NCBI GenBank assembly: GCA_045159875.1
Contig: CP067995.1
Span: forward strand, 2,080,001 to 2,144,000
Source of the DNA: a cyanobacterium endosymbiont of Rhopalodia gibba
GTDB taxonomy: Bacteria; Cyanobacteriota; Cyanobacteriia; Cyanobacteriales; Microcystaceae
Reading direction: 5' to 3'
Length of the DNA stretch: 64,000 nt
The first letter of the stretch is position 1. Every line of letters starts with the position of its first letter. Below are positions 34,600 to 44,356 of the stretch, one piece after another. Under the pieces are notes generated by a model that worked only from the letters and a program-made list of their open reading frames with translations, made no database searches and had not been told where the DNA came from. Made by a program: the position numbers and the translations under genes.

Positions 34600-35360
34600 T
34601 ACTTACGTTCTAATTCGAACGTATAAAATACAAAGACATCTGCAACTTCTCCGGTTTTATGATCAACCTTAGTAACTTAAAAATACATAGGACCTCTATC
34701 AATGATAGCTTACTTGATATTAACCGATTCTTTTTCATTAGTTGTTGCGGAAAAAGCAACCGTTTTATAATAACTAGTAGTTTACCTACGATCTTTAGGA
34801 TTAAGGAAAGTTGCCCCAAGATGGAAGGAAACTTTAAAAATACCTTTTAAATTATTTTTAAAACTGTTAATAGGAGTAAACTCAGACTCCATTGTATCTA
34901 CTAGATTCTTCATTGCAAAAAAGAAAAGAACTTGTTTATATTCAAGTCAATAAATAGTAATTTGGTTAAAAATCAATACCGTTTTCGATAAAAGCTATTA
35001 CACCATTCTCATGAACAGTGATTTCAATGGTGATTTATTCTAAATCAGTAGTCTCCTAGATTAGGAGCTTACTAGGAACAAAAAAAATTGTCTTGCAAAT
35101 GCAAGACAATTTTTTTAAATAAATATATTATTGAAGTTATAGATACAAATCTTCTACTACATAAGTTATTCCTACTGCGAGAATAATTTATCTCCGAGTA
35201 AATTTAGAAATCCGAGTGGATTTGTTAGCCAATCCCGTATTTAAAATTTCATCATAGGTAAAATTCTGAAGATTAACTAAATTTACAGGTCCATTGTTAC
35301 AAACCATTAACATCTCCAAACACAGTATCAGAAAGATAATCATTCAAGACATAAAGCCTT
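34600..35360 (-). pseudogene. psbO: photosystem II manganese-stabilising protein pseudogene
   Basis: Colinear fragments FTYDEILNTGLANKSTRISKFTR, VEDLYL*LQ*Y, FVPSKLL, GIDF*P, KNLV, GATFLNPKDR, VTKVDHKTGEVADVF; many stops; deletion near the C-terminus. Confidence 0.92.
35081..35116. repeat. perfect inverted repeat, 17-bp arms, 2-nt spacer, inside the psbO pseudogene
   Basis: AAAAAAATTGTCTTGCA AA TGCAAGACAATTTTTTT. Confidence 0.9.
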
Positions 35361-35561
35361 TCGTCCTACTTCGTTTTGTTCATCTAAAATTAAATTTTTT
35401 TTGTTCATATATGTTTTATTTTTCACTAAAAATAAAACATATGGCGTTTTAGATAAGTTACGTTAACGACATCGGAGTCGACTCTACTAAAAATTTGTAA
35501 CTACTCCTCTCCTCTTCCCTTTATCATGAAAATGATTGGGAAAAAGATTTAAGGAGCAACG

Positions 35562-35894
35562 ATGACGCAACCAGCAAAACCATATGAAGCAAACTATTTG
35601 GATAATCAACAACACAGTTTACTTTCCCAACGTTTTCAAGAAATGGTGGATATTGTCAAAACCTTAGGTTCTGATTGTAAAGGCAATACTTATGACTTGC
35701 TGTCTTTATTGCGCATTTTAGAAACTTTACACCGACAAATCCGATCAGACCTATTTGAACCTTCTTTGCCCAATACTCGTGAGAATTTATATGAAGTTCT
35801 AAAAGACATTGAAGAAACGGGAGGTTGGCCTTATATTGAACGGATGAAACTTCAAAAATTTCTTGAACATTGGCTCAACTCAAGCTCTTCCTGA
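35562..35894 (+). CDS. conserved cyanobacterial hypothetical protein
   Basis: AAGGAG RBS; LLSLLRILETLHRQIR...LKDIEETGGWPYIERMKL. Confidence 0.8.
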   Translation: MTQPAKPYEANYLDNQQHSLLSQRFQEMVDIVKTLGSDCKGNTYDLLSLLRILETLHRQIRSDLFEPSLPNTRENLYEVLKDIEETGGWPYIERMKLQKFLEHWLNSSSS

Positions 35895-36038
35895 ATTTTG
35901 AGAGATAGCGAGAGAAAGACTCTAAGATTAGCTCGTTGACTTCCACTGAATGACTTATTTTTCCTTGTCTTGGCAAAGAAGTCTTTACAAGGGACAATAG
36001 ATTGCAGTTACTATTTCAATTAAATTTAAGTCTCTTTT

Positions 36039-36776
36039 GTGGATAAAGTTCGTACTGTTTCGGATACCAAACGGGATTTCTACACCCATCACGCCCGACC
36101 CATAAACTCTGTTTACCGCCGTTTTATTGAAGAGTTGTTGGTAGAGATGCATCTGCTCTCGGTTAATGTAGATTTTTGTTACGATCCCATTTATGCTCTA
36201 GGAGTCGTTACTTCTTTTGAGCGTTTTGTTCAAGGATATCGACCTCAAAAAGATAAAGACTCTATTTTTTCAGCGTTGTGTTATTCAGTTGGAGGCAATG
36301 CTGAACAATATCGACAAGAAGCTCAAACCCTCTTAACTGATGTTAAAGGAATGTCGGTGTCAGATTTCATGGAGATTCTTAAAGCTGCTAGTTCACAAGT
36401 TCCTAAGGATGGAATATTCTGTGAAACTTTGCAAGGGATTGCTCAGAATTCTCGGTTTAAATATAGTCGCCTGTTTACGGTGGGTTTATATACTCTAATA
36501 ATGGAACTTGATTCTGATATAGTCGAAAATCAGGAGCAAAGTAACCAAATTTTTGGTAAAATAGCTGAAATAATTCATTTATCTTCAGACAAACTCCAAA
36601 AAGACTTAGATCTCTATCGTAGTAATCTTGATAAAATAGAACAGTTACTTGCTGTTATTGAAGACGCCCTCGAAGCAGAACGAAAAAAACAGAAAAAAGC
36701 AACACAACAAACACAGACAACTGATTCTTCCGTTAGTTCAAACAATGATTCTAAGGATGATTCGAATAACTTATAA
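36039..36776 (+). CDS. psb29: Psb29/Thf1 protein
   Basis: VRTVSDTKRDFY...RPINSVYRRFIEELLVEMHLL, FKYSRLF, KDLDLYRSNLDK. Confidence 0.93.
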   Translation: MDKVRTVSDTKRDFYTHHARPINSVYRRFIEELLVEMHLLSVNVDFCYDPIYALGVVTSFERFVQGYRPQKDKDSIFSALCYSVGGNAEQYRQEAQTLLTDVKGMSVSDFMEILKAASSQVPKDGIFCETLQGIAQNSRFKYSRLFTVGLYTLIMELDSDIVENQEQSNQIFGKIAEIIHLSSDKLQKDLDLYRSNLDKIEQLLAVIEDALEAERKKQKKATQQTQTTDSSVSSNNDSKDDSNNL

Positions 36777-37426
36777 TGGATTTACGCAAAGGTTTAGCTG
36801 GGTTTAACTGAGAAAAAGGGAAAAGGGAAGAGTTTAGAGAATTTGATAATCTCATTATCATCAGATTATCGATATAAAACTATAATTATCAGTTTGGATT
36901 TTTTACTTTTTTCCAATCCCTAATTCTTGATCTATAATTCCCGCTAGGCTTTAAATTTTAAACAAATAAAAAAGATTAGCTTTCATTAAAGTTACTGACA
37001 TCTTTCTTCCCTTCTTGTCGTTACCCATTAATTAAATTACTAAATTAACCTAAATCTCCTATCCAATTAGGAAAGATCAATTAATATTTTTTAGGAATTT
37101 AGTCTATTTTTTGATAGTAATTTATAAGAGAGAATAATTCAGATAATACAAGAATAGATACTGTATTTGTAGTGGTCAGTTAAAATCATAGTCTCGACTT
37201 TAGGCGTTATGTAACCATTCTTACCAAGATTTATCTCCTATTGAGATGATTCTTAATAATCAGCAAACAATTGTTAAATTTGTTTTAAAAAAAGACAGAC
37301 TAAGCTGAAGCTGACCCTAGCTGACAGTCAACTTCATTACAATAAACAATGATTACGCGACAAGCCCAAAGACACAATATTTTGGGTCGAAGGGTGTGAG
37401 GAGATTAATTGAAAATTTTATTACTC

Positions 37427-38047
37427 ATGGATACCGCTCGAATTCCCCAGTTTAACAATTTGACTTATGGCTTACATCAATGGTTCCCCAAACTGGTTTC
37501 TGACAGTCAACTTTGGTTATTTTTTCTCATTCCCATTGTTGTAAGTCTTCCTTCGGTGAGTGTTTCCCAAAGTTTAGGAACTCTGCCCTCTCCCCCTCCT
37601 CTTCAAGTTCCTAAAAATGCAGTTTCTAATACTTTTACTGAACCAAGTACTGAATTTAGTAGTTTTATTCCGGTTGAGGTGGCTCCAACTAAACCTATGT
37701 CCCCTATGAGTGTCCGTGAATATACCTTTCAAGCCCCCAAAAGCCCTCCGTCTTCTGTCCTCGTCACCCCCGTTACTCCCATCACCCCTAGAAGCTCGGC
37801 TTCATCTTCCCAATTAAACAAGACTCCTAGTCTGTATCGGGTAGAGGTTGTTGGTAAAAATACATTAGTTTTATCTCAGGTTCAAACTGTGGAACCCCTC
37901 GCATTTATTCGTCAAAGTGAGGGGGTTATTCATGCAGGAATATTTAAGCAATCCCAACAAGCTCAAAAACGGGTTGTTGAATTGCAGCACAAAGGGTTAT
38001 CTGCAAGCGTCGTTCGAGTTTATGAAGGTAAAGAACGACGTAATTAG
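37427..38047 (+). CDS. hypothetical exported Pro/Ser-rich protein with SPOR-like C-terminus
   Basis: Hydrophobic segment, low-complexity linker, YRVEV...VEPLAFIR...AGIF...AQKRVVELQHKGL. Confidence 0.7.
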   Translation: MDTARIPQFNNLTYGLHQWFPKLVSDSQLWLFFLIPIVVSLPSVSVSQSLGTLPSPPPLQVPKNAVSNTFTEPSTEFSSFIPVEVAPTKPMSPMSVREYTFQAPKSPPSSVLVTPVTPITPRSSASSSQLNKTPSLYRVEVVGKNTLVLSQVQTVEPLAFIRQSEGVIHAGIFKQSQQAQKRVVELQHKGLSASVVRVYEGKERRN

Positions 38048-38088
38048 ATAGGCAAAAATTGTAAATCAGCAGTCAATGTGTTGTTAAA

Positions 38089-38134
38089 TTAGTCGTACTA
38101 GAGGTTAATGGTCATTGACCTCTAGTACGACTAA
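38089..38134. repeat. near-perfect inverted repeat, 22-bp arms with one G-T mismatch (possible terminator)
   Basis: TTAGTCGTACTAGAGGTTAATG GT CATTGACCTCTAGTACGACTAA. Confidence 0.88.
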
Positions 38135-38600
38135 CCGGGAGAAATATCACTGAAAAAAATTAAAATTTTAGTGGATTTTAGTTGATCTAAAAAATCAGAT
38201 AAACTTCAATAAAATGTATATCAACCCTAAATTTATCTGAGTTAATTTATTTGGTAAATATTTATTATACCTATCTATATAGATTGACCAAATTTAAATT
38301 GGAAGAGTCAAAATATATTATGTTTAATAATATCTTAATTCGTTATTAGTTGATTTATCGCCCTTACAATCAGTACTAAAACTTATTTATATAAGAAAAA
38401 AACTAAACCTATCCACAAAATAAACTAGCGTTCTAAATCATTTTAAATCTTGTTTAAATCCATAACTGATAAAGGAATAAACTACAGAGATTGTCACCCT
38501 GTCTTTAACAAAAATGTCTATGGTAGTTAGAAACTATCCATTAGCTAAAACCTGTAGAGGTCAAAAGCTGTTAACCGCTATTAACTTTTTCAAGGAAGGA

Positions 38601-39503
38601 TTATTGTTTCTCATCAATCTTGGCTAGCAATTTTATAGCTTCTTGACATAGAAGTTCATGACAGTGACCATTGCTAGCAATTAATCCTCCCCACTGTTTA
38701 ACATCCCTCTTGTTATAGGTTAAAGGTATGCCGTCAAAATTAGTGAATTTTCCTCCTGCTTCTATCAGAAGCAACTCAGGAGCAGCAAGGTCCCAGTCTT
38801 TGGGAGCAGATTTACCAGATAAAGAAACATAAACATCAGATTTTTGTTCAAGAATAGTAGAAATCTTTACCCCAACACTCCCTATATATTTACAATCTTT
38901 TAACGGTAAACTATTGATCAATTCCCGAAAACGATCGTCACGATGGGTTCGACTCACCACTAAGAATAAGTCCTCCATTTGATTTCGTCCTGAAACCCGA
39001 ATAGGTTTAACTGTTCCGTCAGGAGTTTCTACAAAAGTCCCCTGATGTTTCGCTGCAAAATATAGTTTTTCAGCTTCAGGAATGCCAACTACGGAAACAA
39101 CAGGATGACCTTTATAAACTAGGGCAATATGTAGGGCATATTCCCCAGTTTTATCAATAAAATCCCTAGTCCCGTCAAGAGGATCAATAATCCACACCCA
39201 GTCTTGACGAATAGGATCAGTTTCTTGGTAAGTTTCTTCGCTAAGATAACCAAAATTGTCAGTATCAAAAACTTCTTGTAATGTCTCTAAAATATAGTGG
39301 TTTGCAGCCAAATCAGCCGCAGTAACTGGTCCATCTTTTTTGTCTTCATTAACATCTAGATTTCCTTGATTGGCTTCTCCTCGGTAGTAAGAACGAAGGA
39401 TTTTAGCGGCTCCCCAACCAACAGAGCGAGCAACCTTCATAATCTCCTCTAAATTTTTTATCTGTGTAGTTTCCAAAATACCCTCAACTTTACTTTTTGT
39501 CAT
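38601..39503 (-). CDS. cysQ: 3'(2'),5'-bisphosphate nucleotidase / inositol monophosphatase family
   Basis: PVTAAD, LSEE, WIIDPLDGTRDF, KDWDLAA; exact start uncertain. Confidence 0.85.
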   Translation of the reverse strand: MTKSKVEGILETTQIKNLEEIMKVARSVGWGAAKILRSYYRGEANQGNLDVNEDKKDGPVTAADLAANHYILETLQEVFDTDNFGYLSEETYQETDPIRQDWVWIIDPLDGTRDFIDKTGEYALHIALVYKGHPVVSVVGIPEAEKLYFAAKHQGTFVETPDGTVKPIRVSGRNQMEDLFLVVSRTHRDDRFRELINSLPLKDCKYIGSVGVKISTILEQKSDVYVSLSGKSAPKDWDLAAPELLLIEAGGKFTNFDGIPLTYNKRDVKQWGGLIASNGHCHELLCQEAIKLLAKIDEKQ

Positions 39504-40014
39504 TTTCAATTGTAGGAGGATGCCCTACGTGTCTTAAAAGTTTTTGAGTTTCTTGATAAAGAAAAAAATTTACCTGTTTTTTAAATAATTCCGCCGCCGT
39601 TTGCAGATCTCTAATAGCTCCAGATTTATTATTTAAGACTAGACAAACTTTAGCCCGTTCAAGGTATACTTCAGCCAATTCATTATCTAGACGTAAGGCA
39701 TAGTTAAAATCAGCGATTGCTTGGGAATAGTTGTTGATTTTAGTATAGGCAATGCCTCGATTGTAGTAGGCTTCTGCATCGTAAACATTAAGGCGAATCA
39801 CTTGAGTAAAATCTGCAATCGCCCCTTGATAATCCCCTTTGATACCTTTTTCCATACCTCGAATCAAGATTTCTTCAAGGTTATGAACATCATTGGACTG
39901 TTGACTCAAAAAATTAACTTCCTGGAAAGGACTATAAAAGACACTATGTCCTTGCATAAGGGGTAAAATAATCCAGATTCCAAGATAGTTAAGATAACAT
40001 AAGCTCATTATCAT
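39490..40014 (-). CDS. TPR-repeat protein
   Basis: GDYQGAIADFTQVIRL, AEAYYNRGIAY, AIADFNYAL. Confidence 0.8.
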   Translation of the reverse strand: MIMSLCYLNYLGIWIILPLMQGHSVFYSPFQEVNFLSQQSNDVHNLEEILIRGMEKGIKGDYQGAIADFTQVIRLNVYDAEAYYNRGIAYTKINNYSQAIADFNYALRLDNELAEVYLERAKVCLVLNNKSGAIRDLQTAAELFKKQVNFFLYQETQKLLRHVGHPPTIENDKK

Positions 40015-41342
40015 CAGGGTATGAAAGAAAGACAGTTTTTATATTATGATGTTGAACACTTATGATCTGTAACACATCTGGGAATTCTTAGGGAGGATAG
40101 ACTGTTTAATCAAAATAAATTTTCTCTATGCGCCTCTTCAAGCATATTGAGTAATTTACCTAATCTCTTTTCATTTTTTAGTAGCTAACTGATCGAGTCA
40201 GACTACATTAATCTAATTTAAATGCAGCAAGTATTGATTCAATCTTGAAATCTAAATTGTCTGTTAATAATAGTCCTTGAACAAATTACCAGTCGCTCTA
40301 TTCTACCTGACTTAATGCGACAAAATTAAAACTTCATCAGAGGTAGGTTCTCTTTGATAGTAACCATGGTAAATTTTTGTGATATCAATGTCCAAAACAA
40401 TTTAGTAAAAGTGTTAGGAAACAATGTTCCTTGGCAACAGATGAACATTACTTAAGAGAATTACAATGAATTATCTAGTAACGTTATGAAACTATATAGA
40501 TAGCGATAAAATAAAAAAAAACTTAAATTTGGTTAAAAATATAAATAATTTGGTTGAAATTTATCATAGTATATATTTTTAAAGAAAATATAAATGAATC
40601 AATAAACCTTGATATTTAAGAAAAATTTGACCGCTGTTTAAATAATTCTATAAATTAATGAAATTTTTAATTAAGTCATTTTGAAAAAATTAACCTCACT
40701 AGAGATTGAACCTAACAAACAAAAGTTTGTCATCAGTCACCGTTAAAAGCCAGAAGAGAACCAAAAATAACTATAGCATGACGCAAAAACAATGGAATAG
40801 CTTTTAAAGGCAACATCTATACATTCTCTAACTATTTCCAATTCATGTGAAGGATTTCTTCTATTGAGAAAAGTTAATAAATAATTGGGCATTTAATCCT
40901 TTTTAGACAAGGCCTTAACTTTTTGTAAAGTATATTTTGAGGAAATTGTAAGGTCTATCAACGCAACATAAGAGATAAAATAAATAACGGTGGACTTTAA
41001 TAGAAAAAAAGATAAATCACTGAAAACCTGTAGTTTCCCAAAACTATCCTAGTAAATGTTTTTTCTGCAGACATTTTTAAAAAATATTGTATCTTCTTCT
41101 CAAGCAAGCCTATTTCTTAGTTTTTCTAGTGAAAGAGGTATCACATTCTTCCATTTAGCCAATAAAAAAGTGTTGACCAAAATATATCTATAAGAAACCG
41201 CAGATGATTACAGGTTTCTGAGAGCAACTTGTGTCTCCGGCTACAGATTACAAGATTTATCTTAAAATTTGTAACAATAATTCTATCTCCTTCAGCATTA
41301 GCGGTGTTAAACTTACGTTTGCTGTGAATTTGAGAAGAAAAA

Positions 41343-41738
41343 ATGGACTTGGAATATCCTGATGATCTAAGATACTTAGATTCCCATGAATACATTCGTT
41401 TAGATGGGGAAATCGCTACTATTGGCATTAGTGCTTATGCGCTCGAACAACTTGGGGATATAGTGTTTTTGGAATTACCTGAAGTAGGAGATTCCATAGA
41501 GATTGGGGAAGTTTTTGGGGCAATTGAATCAGTCAAAGCTGCTGAGGATCTCTATCCTCCCGTATCAGGTACTGTAGTAGATCGCAATGAACAGATGCTT
41601 GAAACTCCTGAACAGATCGCTGATGACCCGTACGGAGATGGGTGGTTACTCAAAGTTCGGGTTGAAAACCTTGATGATCACTTGGAGAATACTTTATCCG
41701 CTAGTGAATATCAAGCTCAAGTGGAAGGAGAAGAATAA
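41343..41738 (+). CDS. gcvH: glycine cleavage system H protein
   Basis: [29 protein letters not shown] lipoyl lysine, DPYGDGWL. Confidence 0.96.
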   Translation: MDLEYPDDLRYLDSHEYIRLDGEIATIGISAYALEQLGDIVFLELPEVGDSIEIGEVFGAIESVKAAEDLYPPVSGTVVDRNEQMLETPEQIADDPYGDGWLLKVRVENLDDHLENTLSASEYQAQVEGEE

Positions 41739-41778
41739 CATTATTGATATGTTACTTTGCCATAAATGAACCAAAATA

Positions 41779-41806
41779 AAGGTGTTCCCGTCACAGAGAA
41801 CACCTT
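41779..41806. terminator. hairpin between the convergent gcvH gene and psbA pseudogene
   Basis: AAGGTGTTC...GAACACCTT stem. Confidence 0.55.
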
Positions 41807-41832
41807 AAAATTAACTATAGTTAAAATATTTG

Positions 41833-42863
41833 TTATAAATAAATAGTCGGAGCTGTCAAAGCTGCGTGTATTTGTGAGCGTTACGTTTGTATATTATTTT
41901 CATTATTCCAATTTCCGCATGGTTTAAGACATCAGTTTAGATACTAATCGTACGATTTTAAGAAGATAATACTGATTAGTCGAAATTAAACCTATTTAAG
42001 GTTAAAAGGTATTATGTTGGCTTTCATTGTTGTTAACCAGATTCTAATGACAAACTAGGTCACTAAAAAAAGTATAAACTACAGCTATCATTACAATATA
42101 CATATTGAAAGATTAAATGGACGAAATAACAGTTAACAGTCATAATATTATAGTTTTCTTTTTTTTATTCGAACTTATAACTATAGTTATGAGATTCGAT
42201 ATGGCAGAAAATAGTGCACAACTAAATACACCGACAACCATCAACATATAAAATTGGTGTAGGTGTATCAAGATATTGTATTCTGCTTCAAAAAGAACCA
42301 TGAAATTAAAAGTTTCACTAATTCCTAAGAGGATTTGATCAAAGAGCAATCCTTTTAGGAATTAGGATAGACGAGGAAGACAGTGGTTGTCGTAGATATA
42401 AGTGATAAAAATTCAAGGAGCTATTCCTAAATAGTTAATAGAGTTCTTATTCTTTTCCCATTTAACAGAAAATCTTAATCTGAAAATGGAAAATTACTAA
42501 CGGACAGGGATTTCCCTTGTACAACGACTCATCAAGGAAGGTTGTTTACTAAATAGGATGAAAGTGCAATCTAATAGTGTTAGATGAAGGGATAACGACT
42601 CCATAAGCAATATGATTTCTATCAAGGAGAAACCCCGCTATAGTTTTGCCTATATTATAAATATCTACAGTCGAAGGGAGAGTGTTTTAGCGGAGGAAAA
42701 TCGCAATAAAATCAATAATAAAACAAATAGTTACAGTGGACATGGTGAGAATAAGAACAACACCAAACCCACCGACATATAAACAGTTATTAATACTGGT
42801 CACCCACTCGCAAAACTGTTTCCCTAGAGAAAGATCTTCTCGAGTTTGTAAAGTTGTTGTTGT
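41833..42863 (-). pseudogene. psbA: photosystem II D1 protein pseudogene
   Basis: Colinear fragments [99 protein letters not shown]; start ATG lost; many stops and frameshifts. Confidence 0.95.
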
Positions 42864-43174
42864 AGGAAAATAATTACTAGATCACAACATTCAAAGTCAG
42901 TAATGTAGCAATGACTACGTTGTCTGAATCTATAGTCTAAGTGGATTTATTTCTTTAGTCCATAATCCACCATGGCCACTTTTTTTATAAGAGAAATAAT
43001 TTTTTAAAGATCATGTTCTTTATTACAACTTCAATAAGTGAAAACAGTTTATTAAATTTTAAAATTTAAAATTTAACCATATTTACTTCTATTTTATTAG
43101 ACATCAAGGTGATTTTCATCGAAAAACTACTTTCTAATATAGAGTTTATAAACTGTTATTTGATTTTACTTCTG

Positions 43175-44356
43175 TTAACTATTTCCCGTTCGTTTTAAAA
43201 CATCTTCAGCTGACAGACCATCTCCTTGATAGCCAAAGTACCATAAGGCGGCTGCGGCTTGAGCGCGAGTTACAGTTTTTTTAGGTTGAAATAACATGGT
43301 ATAACCAAAGACACGGCGGACGTTCCCATGTTCTCCATTTTGGAAATCAGCATATAATCCCCGTAATCCTATGGGACCAATTTGAGTAGTATCCTGAAAC
43401 CCCCAAGTTTCTTTAATCCCATCAATAGAAGCTTTAGGTAGACTTCTCCCCATGTCTAAAGGAACTTTCCAAACAATTAAATCAGACCGTGTTAATAATT
43501 CATCAGGACGGAATAAGAAAGTGTCACTGTCTCCTGTAAGATGAGAAGAAATTAACCCTGCCTCGGCTAATCCTTGAATTACGGGAAAATCAGGGTCATT
43601 TGAAGGAACATCACTAAAAGCCGGTTGAGCATTTTTTAGTCCTAAACGGATTTGTTGCTCAGGGGAATCTTGATAAAATTTATTTTTGGACTCGACTAAC
43701 CATCGTGCATATTCTCGACGAGTAATTGGTTCATTAGGGTTAAATTGATTATTTTTTTTTGCAGTTAAAATACCCAAGTTGGCTACGTCTTGAACATAGG
43801 GACGCAAAGCTTCAGGAACTTGATTAATATCAGAAAAATAAGTGGGTTCACTAATAATGGTTGAAAACTGGTCAGAAGAACTATTATTTAATTGAGTCGT
43901 ATTAGCCTGTTTATATTCAAGGGTGAATTCTGTTGTTGATTTTCTAGGAAATAGAGATAGTCTAATTTTTAGATTATCTTTTTGAGCGATCAATAAACTT
44001 TCCTGAGAGTCAGATGAAAAAGGCTGAATAATTTCCCATCTTTGTGACTTTAATTCCCGTTGATAAAAATCCTTAACTTTCTCAGTAGATTCATTAGTTT
44101 TCCAACTGACTGCTCCATTTTTTTGTGTAATTTTTTGAGTTATTTCTTGTAGAGTAGCTTGAGGATATTGGGGAATTTCTGAAGGAAAATAATTTGGAAG
44201 TTTAATGGTTGAATTTTGATGAATTTCTAAATTTTTTGTAAATTTAGGATTTGCAGAAAATCGACCTTCTAACCCTTCGATTCCACTACATGCTGTTAAT
44301 AGTCCTATTAGGGAAACCAAAATACTGTAATGTATCACAACCATAAGCTTAAACAA
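43175..44356 (-). CDS. S-layer homology (SLH) domain lipoprotein
   Basis: Lipobox LTAC; SLH motifs FNPNEPITRREYA, FSDVPSND, FRPDELLTR, FQPKKTVTRAQAA. Confidence 0.85.
   Translation of the reverse strand: MFKLMVVIHYSILVSLIGLLTACSGIEGLEGRFSANPKFTKNLEIHQNSTIKLPNYFPSEIPQYPQATLQEITQKITQKNGAVSWKTNESTEKVKDFYQRELKSQRWEIIQPFSSDSQESLLIAQKDNLKIRLSLFPRKSTTEFTLEYKQANTTQLNNSSSDQFSTIISEPTYFSDINQVPEALRPYVQDVANLGILTAKKNNQFNPNEPITRREYARWLVESKNKFYQDSPEQQIRLGLKNAQPAFSDVPSNDPDFPVIQGLAEAGLISSHLTGDSDTFLFRPDELLTRSDLIVWKVPLDMGRSLPKASIDGIKETWGFQDTTQIGPIGLRGLYADFQNGEHGNVRRVFGYTMLFQPKKTVTRAQAAAALWYFGYQGDGLSAEDVLKRTGNS

Noticed and set aside
37211..37224. NtcA site GTA-N8-TAC
   Set aside because: Matches the core, but there is no -10 element at the canonical spacing, and such matches occur by chance in AT-rich DNA
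41180..41340. Glycine riboswitch upstream of gcvH
   Set aside because: Conserved aptamer elements (GGAGA, CCGAAG, CTCAGG) are not present in the right order
41833..42863. psbA relic as a functional atypical (rogue) D1 or a recoded gene
   Set aside because: Lost start codon, stops of several types, frameshifts and a deletion; neighbouring intact genes use the standard code
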